Part shown: piece after piece, positions 12,588 through 25,683 of the stretch
Layout of the letters: every line of letters begins with the position of its first letter
How positions within the stretch are numbered: position 1 is the stretch's first letter
Source of the DNA: Prorocentrum cordatum
Taxonomy: Eukaryota
Direction of reading: 5' to 3'
NCBI GenBank assembly: GCA_963575745.1
Contig: CAUYUJ010000237.1
Coordinates: forward strand, 248,001-312,000
DNA: 64,000 nucleotides
The notes under the pieces: model-generated
What the model was told of the DNA's origin: nothing
The model's input: the letters and a program-made list of their open reading frames with translations, nothing else
Databases searched by the model: none
Position numbers and translations under genes: made by a program

Positions 12588-13478
12588 TGAGGCAGGCTGA
12601 TGCTGAGGCTGAGGCAGGCTGAGGCTGAGGCAGGCTGAGGCTGAGGCCGAGGCTGAAGGCAGACTGAGGCTGAGGCTGAAGCAGGCTGAGGCTGAGGCTG
12701 AGGCAGGCTGAGGCTGAGGCAGGCTGATGCTGCAGGCTGAGGCTGAGGCTGAGGCTGAGGCAGGCTGAGGCTGAGGCAGGCTGAGGCTGAGGCCGAGGCT
12801 GAAGGCAGACTGAGGCTGAGGCTGAAGCAGGCTGAGGCTGAGGCTGAGGCAGGCTGAGGCTGAGGCTGAGGCTGATGCTGAGGCTGAGGCTGAGGCTGAG
12901 GCTGCAGGCTGAGGCTGAGGCAGGCTGAGGCTGAGGCTGAGGCTGAGGCTGCAGGCTGAGGCTGAGGCAGGAGGCTGAGGCTGAGGCTGAGGCTGAGGCT
13001 GAGGCAGGCTGAGGCTGAGGCAGGCTGAGGCTGAGGCTGAGGCTGGGCTGAGGCTGAGGCAGGCTGAGGCTGAGGCCGAGGCTGAAGGCAGACTGAGGCT
13101 GAGGCTGAAGCAGGCTGAGGCTGAGGCTGAGGCAGGCTGAGGCTGAGGCTGAGGCAGGCTGATGCTGAGGCAGGCTGAGGCTGAGGCTGAGGCTGATGCA
13201 GGCTGAGGCTGAGGCAGGCTGAGGCTGAGGCCGAGGCCGAAGGCAGACTGAGGCTGAGGCTGAAGCAGGCTGAGGCTGAGGCAGAGGCAGGCTGAGGCTG
13301 AGGCTGAGGCAGGCTGATGCTGAGGCAGGCTGAGGCTGAGGCTGAGGCTGATGCAGGCTGAGGCTGAGGCAGGCTGAGGCTGATGAAGGCTGAGGCTGAA
13401 GCAGGCTGAGGCTGAGGCTGAGGCAGGCTGAGGCTGAGGCAGGCTGAGGCTGAGGCTGAGGCAGGCTGAGGCTGAGGC
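12585..13478. repeat. (GGCTGA)n hexamer satellite with GGCA interruptions
   Basis: Directly visible; variant blocks such as GGCCGAGGCTGAAGGCAGACTGA recur. Confidence 0.95.
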
Positions 13479-13773
13479 TGCGACTGCGACTGCCGTTGCC
13501 ACTGCGACTGTCATCGCGAATGCGACTACGACTGCGAGAACAGCAGAATTCTACAACTGGATTCTCATCTGAATCTTAAGGGGAATGCTTCCAGATATGC
13601 TCCTACACATCGCTGTTAGGTTGCTTTGCCAGGATAATTGATGATTGTGACAGTGGCGATGATGGAGGGCGCCAGCTGTCCCTGGAGGCCCTGGGGGGCT
13701 TCCCGCACTCGAACATTGTCACAGACGTTTAATCAAAACCTCGACCCTCGAACTTCGTTCTCCGGGTCCCCAG

Positions 13774-13920
13774 GCCCGACGCCGGGACCTACGAGGACTT
13801 GATCGCCGCCGGCGGCGCGGAGGGCCGCCGCGTCGGAGTCGCGGCCGTGCGGCTCGGCGCTGAGGCCGGCGACCACGCGCTGAGCGGAGCCGCGGCGGAG
13901 TGGCGCGGGGACTGGGCCGT
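13774..13920 (+). CDS. PPR protein downstream exon
   Basis: CCCCAG|G acceptor, then PDAGTYEDLIAAGGAEGRRVGVAAVRLGAEAGDHALSGAAAEWRGDWA. Phase matches the 4775 donor. 3' end uncertain. Confidence 0.65.
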
Positions 13921-13958
13921 GACAGACGTCATCATCCCCATCTCGAGGAGGGGAACGT

Positions 13959-14511
13959 GGCATAAACATATTCTTTTCGGAGGCCCGCGCGGGCCTCCGA
14001 CAGGTTCTGTTTATGCAGTCTTCCCCTTCTCCTGTTATTCTCGCCAACGTCTTCATAGTCGTCGAGCTGTAACATCGTCATCACCCTCGTCATCATCGTC
14101 GTCGAACTGTGTCGCCTTCATCGTCATCTTCTTCATCGTCGTCGAACTGTGTCTTGTTCATCGTCATTGTCTTCGTTGTCGTCTTCAGTGATCCGCAGCG
14201 AGGAAGCCCTCGGCCCTTCGGCCCGAGGAGAGCAGACGGGTTTAATCTCTCGCGGGCTCTGGCGCGATCCGTGAGGTTGTCGCGCGGTGGTGGGACACCT
14301 GGGGAAGTCTTGTCATGGTCTTCATCGTCGTCTACGTCGCGGTCCGTCACCACTCGAAGAGCAACAGTACAAGCAAAAGTTCTGCGGCGGTGGGACACTC
14401 GGGGGCGGCTTGCCATGGTCTTCCTCGTCGTCTCCGTCGGGGCCCATAGCGACAACTCAAACATACGTTCTCGGAGTTCCGCGCGGACCTCAAGAAATTA
14501 TGTTTGTGTCC
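13959..14511. mobile_element. MITE-like element with degenerate ~42-bp TIRs
   Basis: GGCATAAACATATTCTTTTCGGAGGCCCGCGCGGGCCTCCGA versus the reverse complement of 14471-14511, GGACACAAACATAATTTCTTGAGGTCCGCGCGGAACTCCGA. No TSD seen. Confidence 0.55.
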
Positions 14512-14793
14512 TCCTCCTCCTGCTCCTCCTCCTCCTCCTCCTCCTCCTCCTCCTCCTCCTCCTCCTCCTCCTCCTCCTCCTCTTTGCTTCAACCGACACA
14601 CACACCGGCTGAAATAGCAGCAGGCAGCATCAGCACAGGTTGTTGGAGGTCCGCGCGAGTCTGTTGGGTCGGCGCCGCCCCCCTGGGGTCCAGCGCACCG
14701 CAGTGGCGCGGGGACCGGCCCGCGGCGGGGAAGGGATACTCATCTCCAGCGTCACCATTAGGTCGTTTTCCCCTATCAGTCACCAGGAAGAGA

Positions 14794-15007
14794 AGGGGCA
14801 ACGATAGGGGGGGATAGGCATAGGGGGGGATGCATCGACCCCTAATCGCCCATTGATCGCCGATAGGGGCCCGATAGCCCCGACCTGCCCAGGAACGGGC
14901 GGATTCGCTATCGGGGGCCTATCGCCGATCTATCGGCGATGTATCGCCGATTCCAGGTCGATGTTTCCCTTTCCCCCCCTATGCCTATCCCCCCCATCGT
15001 TACCCCT
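14794..15007. mobile_element. Fold-back MITE with ~45-bp TIRs
   Basis: AGGGGCAACGATAGGGGGGGATAGGCATAGGGGGGGA pairs with ...CCCCCCCTATGCCTATCCCCCCCATCGTTACCCCT. Direct repeat GAAGAGAAGGGG lies at 14787 and 15010. Confidence 0.8.
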
Positions 15008-15842
15008 CAGAAGAGAAGGGGGCCTGATGGACAAGTGCTTCGCCATTTTCTTTGTCTTCCCGGGGCCCTTGTCGAGCCCCAGGGCCGCCCACAAAAACAT
15101 CCAGGATCAGAGCGCGAAAGTCCGTGAAGACCAGTTGGGGGTCCAGTGGGCGTTTGCCTTGGAGGCGTCTTTTGGGTCCTGTTGTAGCGTTTTATGAGCA
15201 GTCTCGAGGGCCTCCTAGGCCGCCCCAGGGCCAGCCCGGGCCGTCCGTCTTTGCGCCTTCGTGGTGCGTTTGGGAACCGTTTGGGGCAATGTGAACGCGT
15301 TTGGGAGCACCTCTGGAGCGGCTACGTCCGCCAGGGGCCACCGGGGGTCGTCGACGGGGATCCCACAACTCTCCAACGCGCTCGGACTGGGCTCCTGAGA
15401 GGAGTTTGGGGAGGGGCGACAAACTCACACCCCGAGGACAGCGCAAGGGGGCGGCGATTCGCTTCCATGTTTGGCTGGTGGTGCCATTGTGATATAGCAA
15501 AAGTTATGGCACATGCGTGCTTCTACTAGCACAGCGATATCTGCAGCAAGCTCGCTAGCGAGCAGCATGGGCCTGCTCTAGTTTACAAGCAGTGGCAAAC
15601 CATCAGTTCGCAAGCGTATCGCGCGGCAGATGCTAATGGAACGAGAATGCGCCCACGTTTTTGCCAGGTCGTTCCAGGACGCACAGTCGTCAATACGCAT
15701 GATTTGCTTTCTTGCCAGCTTGAGTCCTCCCATCCTGGGCATGTGGGCATGCGCTTTCGTTCTTCGTGACTTCGTTCCCCTCCCCCATCGCTCCTCTCGC
15801 CCTTCTCCTTTGTCTTGACCTCCCTGCACCTCGAGGCGATAT

Positions 15843-16200
<358 letters not shown>

Positions 16201-17249
16201 GGCAGCTGCTTCCTCCTTTTCCCCTCGTCTATGGCAGGTTAGACGTGACGATCCCTATTTCGCCTCCTGCGCCTCCTTGTCCGTGTTCTAGCTGCATAAG
16301 CGCTGCAGCATCTCTCGCAAGTTGACACCTGTGCCCGCAGCACCGAGGCACTCAAGGGGGGAGCAGCAGGAGGAACGGGTGTGAGCGGGAGCAGGACGGA
16401 GGGGGACGGAGGGGATGCTAAGTTCCGCTGCCTCCCAGGATCCTGACCTCCAGAGGTCTGTCCCGGAGGTCCCAGGGGTCCCCCGAGGCCTCTGCAGGCC
16501 TCCGCAGGCCCTCGGGGGACCGATTGTGGCAAGGGCCGAACACGTCGGTCCCACCCACCCCCGGCCCCTCGACCCTCGAGGTGCGGGCGCGGGCGTGGGC
16601 AGGAGGGAGGGAGCCGGGAGGGCGGCGCGCGTTCCTCCCCCGCGCCCCGGCCCGGCGACCGAGGCGCCGCCACGGGGGCGACTTCTCGCTCGGAAGGCCC
16701 GCCGCTCGCCCCCTGCGCCGCCCGAGGCAGGGAGGGGCCGCGCCGCCGCAGTGGGAGCCAAATTGCGCAGCTTCAGCTGTGACCCTCGTGTTTGTGCCGT
16801 TGTACAAAGTTGGCTGGCTCTCGTTGTGCTCGGGCTTTCGTTTTTGGTCACGCTTCCAGAGAATTGCTGATGGAGAACATTGGGGTACCAAGGCACCGTG
16901 TTGGGCCCTCAACATTGGCTCGTGTTCTTCTCGGATTCGCGTCTGGCCGCGAGGGCCGGCGATTTTGAGGATATTGCGTTTGCTGGCGAATTGCACGCTT
17001 TTCAAGAGGCCTGTGCTGCCGCTCCTCTCTGCCTCCCTCTCTCCCTCCTGCTCCTCCCCTTTTGCCTTGCGCCGGCACTGATCGAGAACATCGCCGCGTC
17101 CGTGCTATTGCTCCTCCTCCCCCTCCGCCTCCTCTTCGCTTCTCTTCCTCTCGTCTTCGTGGGGCCCGAGCAGCGCATGGGAATATGGAGCTCTGTTATC
17201 CAGACACCGCTGGTCGACCATCCCGTCTGGCGACAGCTTGCCCCAGATA

Positions 17250-18910
17250 CGTGATCGAGTACACCAGCTACCAGGCCACGGCAGAGACGAGCCCCCAGGC
17301 GGGCCTCTACGGCCGCTGGGTCATTCGGCTGGAGCGCTACCTGATGGGGGCGTCTTTGGTTCCGCCCGAACATGCACACAAGTACCACGGCCGTGGGCTG
17401 CCCAGGGAGACGAAGCTGCAGCGGTCTCGTTCTCCACCTGGCAGTGCCTACGCCATGGGCCGCACTGCAGGCTGGTGGACCACTGCATCGGCAGGCGTCG
17501 ACACCGCCGCCCGAAGACTCGACGAGCAGGTGCGGCGCACGTCGGCGGGCCGTGATGTTGTCCGCCTGCTCCAGAGGATGGCTGCCGACGTCCCGCTCGG
17601 CCACCGGTCGCTCCCGGTGATCAGCCAGGCGACCCGCGCGCAGTGGCCGCACTCCTTCCAGGCGGCCGCCACCTGGACAGAGCCCAAGCTCGGGGGCCAC
17701 GAGCGCAGCAGTAGGCCTGGCGGCCGACAAGGTGGAGCGGCTGCAAGCCCGTCACCAGTCGACGCAGTTCACTTCCTGGGTGATGCGCAGCGCCTCGCGG
17801 TCCCCGTCGAAGGTGGCCCGGTGGGCCAAGGAGTGCGAGCTGCCCGCGATGGAGGTCAACCATCTGTGTAAGTCCTGAGTAGATCAGGCCACCATGATTC
17901 AGCCCAAGTGTGCTCAGCGGGAGCTTCGGTGGACAGGCGAGGCGCATCTGGAACGGTTCGTTGCACTGCATAGAACATGTCACGCACAGGACCTCTGTGA
18001 AGAATGGGAGCCGCTGACCAGCGAGGAACTCTCGCGCTGTCTCAGCACGGCCCGAGCATCCACCGGTAGAGGCTCGGACAATCTCGGCCCCTCGGATCTG
18101 CGCATTTCTCCCCCCGCTTCTCGATCGGAGCTCGCGACCTTGTTCCAGGCCCACGAGGAGGGCTTCTCCCGGCGAGGGCCCCCCCCCCGAAGACCGACAG
18201 GGGGGAATGCCGCGCGGCCCCCCCCCTCGGTCCATCCGTCTTTGAGGCCAGCTCCGCAGGGGCCCGGGGGCGCAGCGGCGCGGGGCACGAGCGGGGCGCT
18301 GGGGCGAGGGCGTCCGCGAGAGCACGGCCCCCCAGCGCGCCCTGGCCCGCCTGCCCCCGCGATGAATCATCGGGGGCCACGGGCCCCTGCAGCGGCAGCG
18401 TGCCTTGGGATGCGCAGACTTGCATTAATTCGCTCGACCCCGTCACTTCGCTCGCCTCCGCCCGCGAGCTTGGGCACTCTCAGCTCGGACGGTCGGCCCC
18501 TCGCCGACGGTTCATCTCGCCCCCCGCCTTCTCCGCGCAGGAGAGGGGCCATTCCTGAGGCCATCGCGCCCGCTGGGCCCCTCCTCAGGGGGGGGTGGGG
18601 GGGGGGGGGCAGCGCCGACAGTTGCGCGCGCGCGCGGCATCCTCTATGATTTACTGCAGGCTGCCCATGACGAGCATTTCCACGCGGCGCGGTCAAGCGG
18701 TCGGTGGATGATGCGAACCAGAAGGCCGCGGGCAAGGCCCAGCGGGCCCTCGATGTCACCCCCCCGGGCCGCGGGCCACTTCTACCGCGAGGCCGTGAAA
18801 ATTGGCCTTGGCGTTTCCCAGAAATCACGCGTCACTGCATCCAGTTTGCCCCTGGCCCGCCAGGTTGCCGCGGCCATGGCCCGGAAGGCGGGTGGCGATT
18901 TCACGCCGCC
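17250..18910 (+). mobile_element. Decayed LINE ORF2 (linker plus reverse transcriptase)
   Basis: Linker HKYHGRG; RT N-terminus WEPLTSEELSRCLSTARASTGRGSDNLGPSDL..LATLFQAHEEG; then LYDLLQAAH, active-site relic SVDD (18701-18712) and GLGVSQKSRVTASSLPLARQVA. Confidence 0.75.
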
Positions 18911-18929
18911 TCGTTGTGCAAGCTGCAGA

Positions 18930-19330
18930 AGTTAAGGTGGTTATGTATACGGTTCCAGCGGACAAGACGCTCCATGTTCTGAACTGCGTCTACACTTGCA
19001 GTGCCACGGCAACTTCGCCATGTGTGGACCCTCGTAGGGAGTACAGGAGATCAGTGGGGCAGCGCATTGGTAATATTACCGACCGCGTGTGCGGCGCAAT
19101 GGCTTGGCAAACTTGGGCTACAGGTGTTGCGGCAGAGGAGCGAGGGACGCACATGTTGCCAGGGCTCAGGCAACCCTGGGTCGCGGAGGCTCCTGCGGGA
19201 CATGTTTTTTGTTCAGCCGTTCACCGCATATGCGATATGGCCACCGCTGTACCTCCCGCCCAAACCCGTGGCAGCAGTGTGCCGCGGGGTCCATGGCAAG
19301 GTATAGGCAGAGTCAGCAGCTTACCACACG
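18930..19330 (+). mobile_element. Decayed LINE AP-endonuclease fragment
   Basis: AQWLGKLGLQVL..GRTCCQG....LLRDMFFV resembles the C-terminal half of LINE APE domains. Confidence 0.4.
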
Positions 19331-19399
19331 TGCGACATGGCCGACTGTATGTGCCCATCAATCAAGGCCTCAGTAACCTTGTCTCTAATCGAGGGCCCA

Positions 19400-19645
19400 A
19401 GGCGTCATACACCTGAAGATTCCGAGGCCCGCGCCGATGTATGGGTTCGGCATTGGACCTCCCTCCCCACCAGCTGTTTGACCATGACCTCATGAGGGGT
19501 TCGACTACTACGACTCAACTCGTCGACCCACAGCCCGTGTGACATGCCCACGTGCACGGAGGCGATGCGATCCATGATGTGGTACGTTACGCCTTTGGCG
19601 AAACGTGTTCCACAGCGAAGGTCCTTGTCGATCGACCTCGTGGGG
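19400..19645 (-). mobile_element. LINE RT fragment (motifs 4-5)
   Basis: Minus strand PTRSI....CGTRFAKGVTYHIMDRIASVHVGMSHGLWVDEL; WVDE at 19519-19530 is a mutated xxDD motif. Confidence 0.65.
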
Positions 19646-19669
19646 TCGAGGGGGGCCCAGTAGGCCCCG

Positions 19670-20320
19670 AGGAAGAGGAGGAGGAGGAGGAGGAGGAGAA
19701 GGAGGAGGAGGAGGAGGAGGAGGAGGAGGGAGGGAGGGAGGGAGGGAGGGAGAGAGGGCGGAGGGTGGAGGGATGGGGAATGACGGGGAAAGGGATGAAG
19801 GAAGGAATGAAGAAAGGGAGGAAGTCAGGAAGGGAGGATAAGGAATGATGATGACGATGATGATGATGATGATGGTGATGCTGTTGATGCTGATGATTAT
19901 GATTATGATGATGATAATAGTATAAAGGTTTACGTTGATGTTGATGTTGAATAGGGTGGTGATGGTTGTGAGCATTTGTATGATTATAATTCTCAGTATC
20001 ATTACGATGCTGCTGCTGATGATGATGCGGCTCATGATAATGATAATGATGAGCATGATGATGATGCTGGTGGTGATGATGATTGTGATCACTATGTTTA
20101 TGTTTGGCATGATTGCGAATATTGCGATGAGATCGGTGATGGTCATGATATATTGGCGAAGGTGATGTTGCTGATGCTGATGGTGCTGGTGAGGATGGTG
20201 GTGAGGACGGTGGTGATGACGGCGCTGCTGACGGTGATATTGATAATGCGATTATGATAGCGATGATGGTGGTGATTATGAGGATGATGGGTGGCGAGGA
20301 GGAGGATGAGGAGGAGTAGG
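19670..20320. repeat. (GGA)n, (GGGA)n and degenerate (GAT)n
   Basis: Directly visible. Confidence 0.9.
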
Positions 20321-20804
20321 GAGGACGGACGTAGTCGAGCGCCCTGCCTGTCTCAGGCTCCGCCTCTTCCCGCTGCCCCGGATCGCGTCGCCGGACCTTC
20401 CTTGCCTCGTTCCGTTCTCCGGGGTTGGCCGGTCGAGGGTCTCCTCGATTGGTCAATCATTATCGTCGCTGTTTCCGCAAAATTCCTCGCTCGGGCCACG
20501 AGTAGTCTTTTCCTGAGGCTTGGAAGAGCAGGCCCTGACTTCACCCTCTGTGCACGCCACGGCACGGAGCCTCTGCGACAGGAAAGCGCACAGCAGCATC
20601 TTGACTCCATGGTGCCCCCTTTGGTGTTGGGGCTGTCTTCGAATGGCCCGAACCCCCAGGGTCCGCCCTTGCCCTTTTTTTCGAGGCGGACCCAGTCGTG
20701 GCGACGAGAAGCCTCCAGGAGCCACCCCAGAGGCAAGAGAAACGCCGGGGAGGGCCGCCGCCGCCTCGTGCGGCCCCCTCGGGTTCTCGGGCGCTCGGAG
20801 CCCT

Positions 20805-21264
20805 CCCCTCCTCCTCCTCCTCTTCCTCCTCCTCCTCCTCCTCCTCCTCCTCCTCCTCCTCCTCCTCCTCCCTCCTCCTCCTCCTCCTCCTCCCTCCTCC
20901 CTCCTCCTCCCCCTCCCCGCCCCTCCCCCCCCCCCCCCAGTTAGCGCGCCACCCTCTCAGAGGTTTTGGCCCCCCGACCTGCGCTCCGGCTGCCGAGAAC
21001 GGCGCGCCCCGCGCCCCCTTCCCGCGCCCCCCCCCCTCCCCCCCTGGCGGCGCACCGCCCCTGCGCGGCCATGGGCACGGGCGAGCTGACGTTCCCGTGG
21101 CCGCCGCCCTTCCCCCAGGGAGCTCTGGTCGGGCAGGTGCCGTTCCCCTTCCTCCTCTTCCTCCTCCTCCTCCTCCTCCTCCTCCTCCTCCTCCTCCTCC
21201 TCCTCCTCCTCCTCCTCCTCCTCCTCCTCCTCCTCTTCCCTCCTCCTCTTCCTCTCCCACCTCT
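20805..21264. repeat. Two (CCT)n tracts around a GC-rich spacer
   Basis: Directly visible. Confidence 0.85.
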
Positions 21265-21300
21265 TCCGTCGCCATGTTGGCTCAAACCATATTGCTCAAG
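21265..21300 (+). other. Near-complete DinoSL followed by a second truncated SL relic
   Basis: TCCGTCGCCATGTTGGCTCAAA is 19/22 identical to TCCGTAGCCATTTTGGCTCAAG and is immediately followed by CCATATTGCTCAAG (relic form CCATTTTGGCTCAAG). Confidence 0.88.
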
Positions 21301-21456
21301 TTGAAACCATCGGCCCAGGGCTTGAACTTGGACGTCGTCGAAGGCTGATCCACTGGAGCGGCCAGACCGACAGGCGGTCACACTTCCCTACGACCTCCAG
21401 CGAGCCCACCGAGGCGGCTGCAGTTCTCACGCAATCACATCCGCCTATTAGTCCCC

Positions 21457-22320
21457 ATGGCGGCTGCCAACGGAGGCCTGATGGCGATGGTCAACAGGAT
21501 GCTCGAGGACCAGATGAAGAGCATCCAGCAGTTGGTTCACAAAGAAAACCACACTGCCATGGCAGGGTATCAGGGGCTGATCACCGCTCTGGGCTCCGAG
21601 GTCTAGCTTCTTCGACAAGATCTTCACATTCAAAGTAAGCGTCTCGCTGCCGTCGAAAATTGCGGCAATCGTTGCGGCAGCAGTGCTGGCAGCGCTAGCA
21701 GCATTGCACCAAGAAGTCAATCGTGGGGCCAAGCCGTCGGCGACGAGGCCGTGAGAGTTGAGCGCGAGATCGACGACGGCGACAGCGACCCCACCATCCG
21801 CTTCGCGGGCACGTTCCCAAGGCCGCTGCTGATGAAGACCAGAGCTGCCCACTGAAGCCAGATGCAGGAAGCACTCCCCGAGCTGAGCGATGCGAATCGC
21901 GCCACTGCCATCACGGAGTAAGCCGGGTCTGCAAGCTCAAGTTCGCCAACGCCGATGACGCCCAGAGCTCCCGGCGCAGGATGATGGAGGTGAACATAGA
22001 GCGGGCTGACATCCGTGATGCGATGAAGTATCCGCTGGAAGCAAGGGTCGACCTCCCGCTCCACGCGAGGCAAAAGAATAGGCTTATTATTTGACGTGCT
22101 CGGGTCGATCAAGAAGAGCCAGTCCTGCACGGGCAGTTACATGCCTGGCGTCAACGGACACGAATGAGCGCTGCAGACTATCACAGAGGACGATGTCTTC
22201 AAGCTCGCCCAAGCCGTCCAGCAAGGCGGGGACGCGTTCAAGCTCGAGCCCATCCACCACAACCTCTCGCGCCGGGCCATCACGAAGGTGGCCATCGACC
22301 AAATCATCGCCAACCTTTGA
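21457..22320 (+). pseudogene. Disrupted ORF resembling LINE ORF1 (coiled coil plus RRM-like region)
   Basis: MAAANGGLMAMVNRMLEDQMKSIQQLV... then PTIRFAGTFPRPLL and VCKLKFANADDA. In-frame stops and frameshifts. Followed by an APE-like relic. Confidence 0.55.
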
Positions 22321-22479
22321 AGCCTTCCTGAAAGGCATCGCGTTTCTGATTTGGTTTCGGGCCCAGGCCCGGCGCGGTGCAGGGACGGCGCCAGCCAGCT
22401 CAGCGCCACCCCCCTCTCGCGCCCCCCCCGCGCCCCCCCCCTGCCCCGCCTCCCGCAAAGTCCCCGCTGCCTCCCTGCA

Positions 22480-23650
22480 AGAGCGTTCTGGAGAACGACG
22501 CGGCACTCGAGGGCCCTCACGGATCCGCGCGCGCAGATCTGACTCGGACGCGACGCAAGTTTCGCAAGTGATAAGCCGCACTGCGGGACACATTACACAT
22601 CGCTTGCCGCCGAGGGGCGCGCGGGCACCCGGGGGCCTTCCGAGTCTCAGACTCGCTCCCAAGTGCTCGCCGTCTGTCCGCTTGTCTGCCCTCGTGCCAG
22701 CGCTGGAGGCTTTCTCACGTTTGTCGAGACTGAGCTGCTGAGATGCTTCTCCGCCCCCCCCCCCCCGCCGCGAGTTCGCGCCTGGAAGCATCGCCCGCGC
22801 GAGTTTGGGCGGTCCCGGGGGGGGCCCGCAGATCGCTGGCGCCCGCGTTGACGCCTGCTGTCAGGAAGCAGTCTTTCGCCATGCAGTCATTCAGCTACGC
22901 CCCCCATCGCGCGCCGCATTCACTTTGCGCCCACGTCCAATATGCACCGTTGGCGCCGCCATAATCGGCGTTGCGCGCGGGGCTAAATTTCGGCCGCCAG
23001 GACAAAGCGCGCGCGCCCGCCCCCCCTCCGGCCGGCCGGCCGGCGCGCAGTTGCACGCAGCCCGACTGCAGCTGATCCGTTTAATGGACGGTTGCAATAG
23101 CCACGGCGACAAGCGCGCCCCCTTTAACAGGCGCAGCTTGGGACCACTACGACAAGAACAAGAACGGCAAGAACATGGGCCTATCAAAATGCCCAAATTA
23201 GTAATGAGTGGGCAACATATTGGTTATCAGCCGAAAAATGCGCCGCGAGATCACGAAGCTGCGCCCCCCGCCCGCAGGTGGATGCTCCGGGCGTCCATGA
23301 GCAACGCCGCGGCTCAACGGGCATCCAAAAGATCGCCTTCGAGGCCGATCCCCCCGACTGCGCAAGGGCCTCCGTCTCGCGCTTGTTCACGGAAACTCAA
23401 CGAGAGCTCCTCGCAGTCGTCGGGAGATGCGCCGGCGGACGGAGGCCCCGGTCGTCGAAACGCGCCACGAGCGGGCGCAGACAGGGCGGGCGTGGACGCC
23501 GAATTGTGCGAGTCGATCAATTTAGACGGCCCACCATTGCCGCCCGTCGCCCGTCAAGCCCGCGCGAACGCCTCCGATTCGGGCAAGGACATGGGCGATC
23601 ACGTATCAGGGATCAGTCAAGTCGACTTCCCGCCTGGGCCAGGGCACGGC
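22480..23650 (+). mobile_element. Heavily decayed LINE ORF2 N-terminus (APE relic)
   Basis: RTRRKFRK..LRDTLHIACRRGARG (22596-22625) resembles APE motif IxCLQExHG. Downstream CAHVQY and PIKMPK. GC-saturated. Confidence 0.45.
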
Positions 23651-25683
23651 TGATGAGTCTACTCTGGGGGGCGATTCCGAGGCCCGCGGTCCCGGGCCAC
23701 CCCCAATATCGGCTGGGGGGCCGTCGCCGACGTCGGCGCTTCCTGACGACTGCGCCGCGGAAACCTCGCGGGGAGATCTGCGCGGGGAGACGGCGGAGAC
23801 GATGGCCAGCGCGCCGGCGGCCGCCAAGCACGACGCCGAAGAGGCGGCCGGGCCGGGGGCGCCCGCGACGAAGCAGCCACGGAAGACCCTCAACCTGTCG
23901 GCCAGGCCCCCACTCGCGAAGCGGACCAGGACGGAGGGAATGCCAGGAGCAGAACCAGGTGCTCGAACCAGCGGGCGACCCTGGGGGCCGCGCTGCCGGG
24001 TCGCCCCTCCGCCGGGCAGTCCGCGCAGGATTTCGCGCGCCGGGTGCCTGGGCCTCGGCGCGGCGAGGGCCCCGCCTGCGCTCGCTCTCCGCGGGCCGGG
24101 GGCGCGGGAACCGACCGACACAGGACGTCGGTTGCCCCGTCGGGCTCATCGTCTTCCTCCGCCCGCACGGCGCGCCCCAACGCGTCGAGCCCCCGCGCCC
24201 GTGAGTCAAGCGCGCCCGTAGTTCGGTTGGGGGCTCGAACCCAGCCTGTCCAGAGCGATATGAATTTAGTGCGAAAAAATGAGCCAGATTCGCATTCATG
24301 TATTACTACGGCCTCACGGCCGGCGCCGCCGACCCTAAAGACGACGACAAATGCAAGGAGGAAGAGGAGGAAGAGGAGGAGGAGGAGGAGGAGGAGGACG
24401 AGGAGGAGGAGGAGGATGAGGAGGGGGATTAAGGTGGAAGGGAGCGGGAGAAGGCGAAGGAGATGTTCTCCATGTGGGCCGAGGGACTCGTAGCAGAGAC
24501 AGACAGGAAGCCTTGTGGCCTGCGGCCCTTCCCGCCGCCGTGCTGGCGTTGTGGTTGAGAGGCCTATGAGAATATCTGCGGTGCAATCGCTGCGGCGCAA
24601 GCTATGGGTTGCAACTGATTAAAACAAACGAGCTGGAACATCCCATGCACTGGCAAACGTCCCACCCACCCACCCGCAACTTGGTTTGCAAAACCCATGC
24701 GGTGGCGATTGCGATGCATGCTTGGCGTTGGCTTGTGCGTCTCTGCGACTGCGCCAACCCAAGCATGCGCGCGCAGCGGCCAGCTAGCTTGGCGCGACCG
24801 ACGCGGCCGCGGTGGCGCTGACCATTCGGCGCATCCTATCGGGCACGTCAGTGCGAGTCGACGACTTGGGCGGGCGCGCATCATTGCAACGTCGACAACG
24901 GTAGACACGATGATGATAGTAGCGATGTTGGTGGCGATGTTGGCAACGGCGAAGGCGCGGCCAGTGCGGGCGCCGATGCTGATCACGCCGACGACGATGA
25001 CGGCGTCCTCGCGTCGGCGATGAAGGTCTTGGAAAGAGTTCGACATGCGTGCGCTGCCGACGCGCGATAGTGGCCCGCATGGCATTGTTTGACACGGACC
25101 GCGCCCCCCCCCCCCCAGCATGCGCGCAAGGGCGCGCGAATGATGTCGGCATGCGGCGCCAAAATGCCCACTTGGCAGGAATCCATGAAACATAAAGTTA
25201 TTAGTTTCCCAAAAATGCACAAAAGCTCGAACGCACGTTTGGCTGGAAAAGGGATGTTGCGAAACCATGTGTGTTATGTGTGTTGGATATTCTGTTTGGA
25301 ATGCATTACGAAATTAAAAGGGTTATATTGCTGTCGGCACGCGCGCGCGACAACGCGCGCGCGTGCACTTCGCCCCAATTGTTGCAACAAAACTTCGCGA
25401 GGGCACGCGAGCAAGGGCGTTCGAACGATTTCGACATGCGCGCGCGAAGCCAACTTGGTAACATGGTATGAAAAACTTTGAAAACCAATTGTTCTCTTAA
25501 GAGTTCGCAGGAGCTCGCGTCCAAGCGTTGCGAAACCAATTGTTTTGAAAACCCGCGCTGCGAAACCATATGCTTTTCCCAACCATTTTGTGGTGTCGGG
25601 CCCTCGTTTTGAAGAGACGGTCCCCGCGTTCCCTCCCCCTTTCCTTCCCTCCTTCCTTCCTTCCTCATTCCTTCCCTCTTCCC

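Noticed and set aside
11427..13514. 695-aa ORF and other poly-S/A/H/M/D/P/E ORFs
   Set aside because: They are translations of (GGCTGA)n, (GAT)n and (CCT)n repeats, open in several frames on both strands.
16418..17005. 195-aa minus-strand ORF as a gene
   Set aside because: No recognisable family, a GC-saturated second half, and adjacency to LINE debris.
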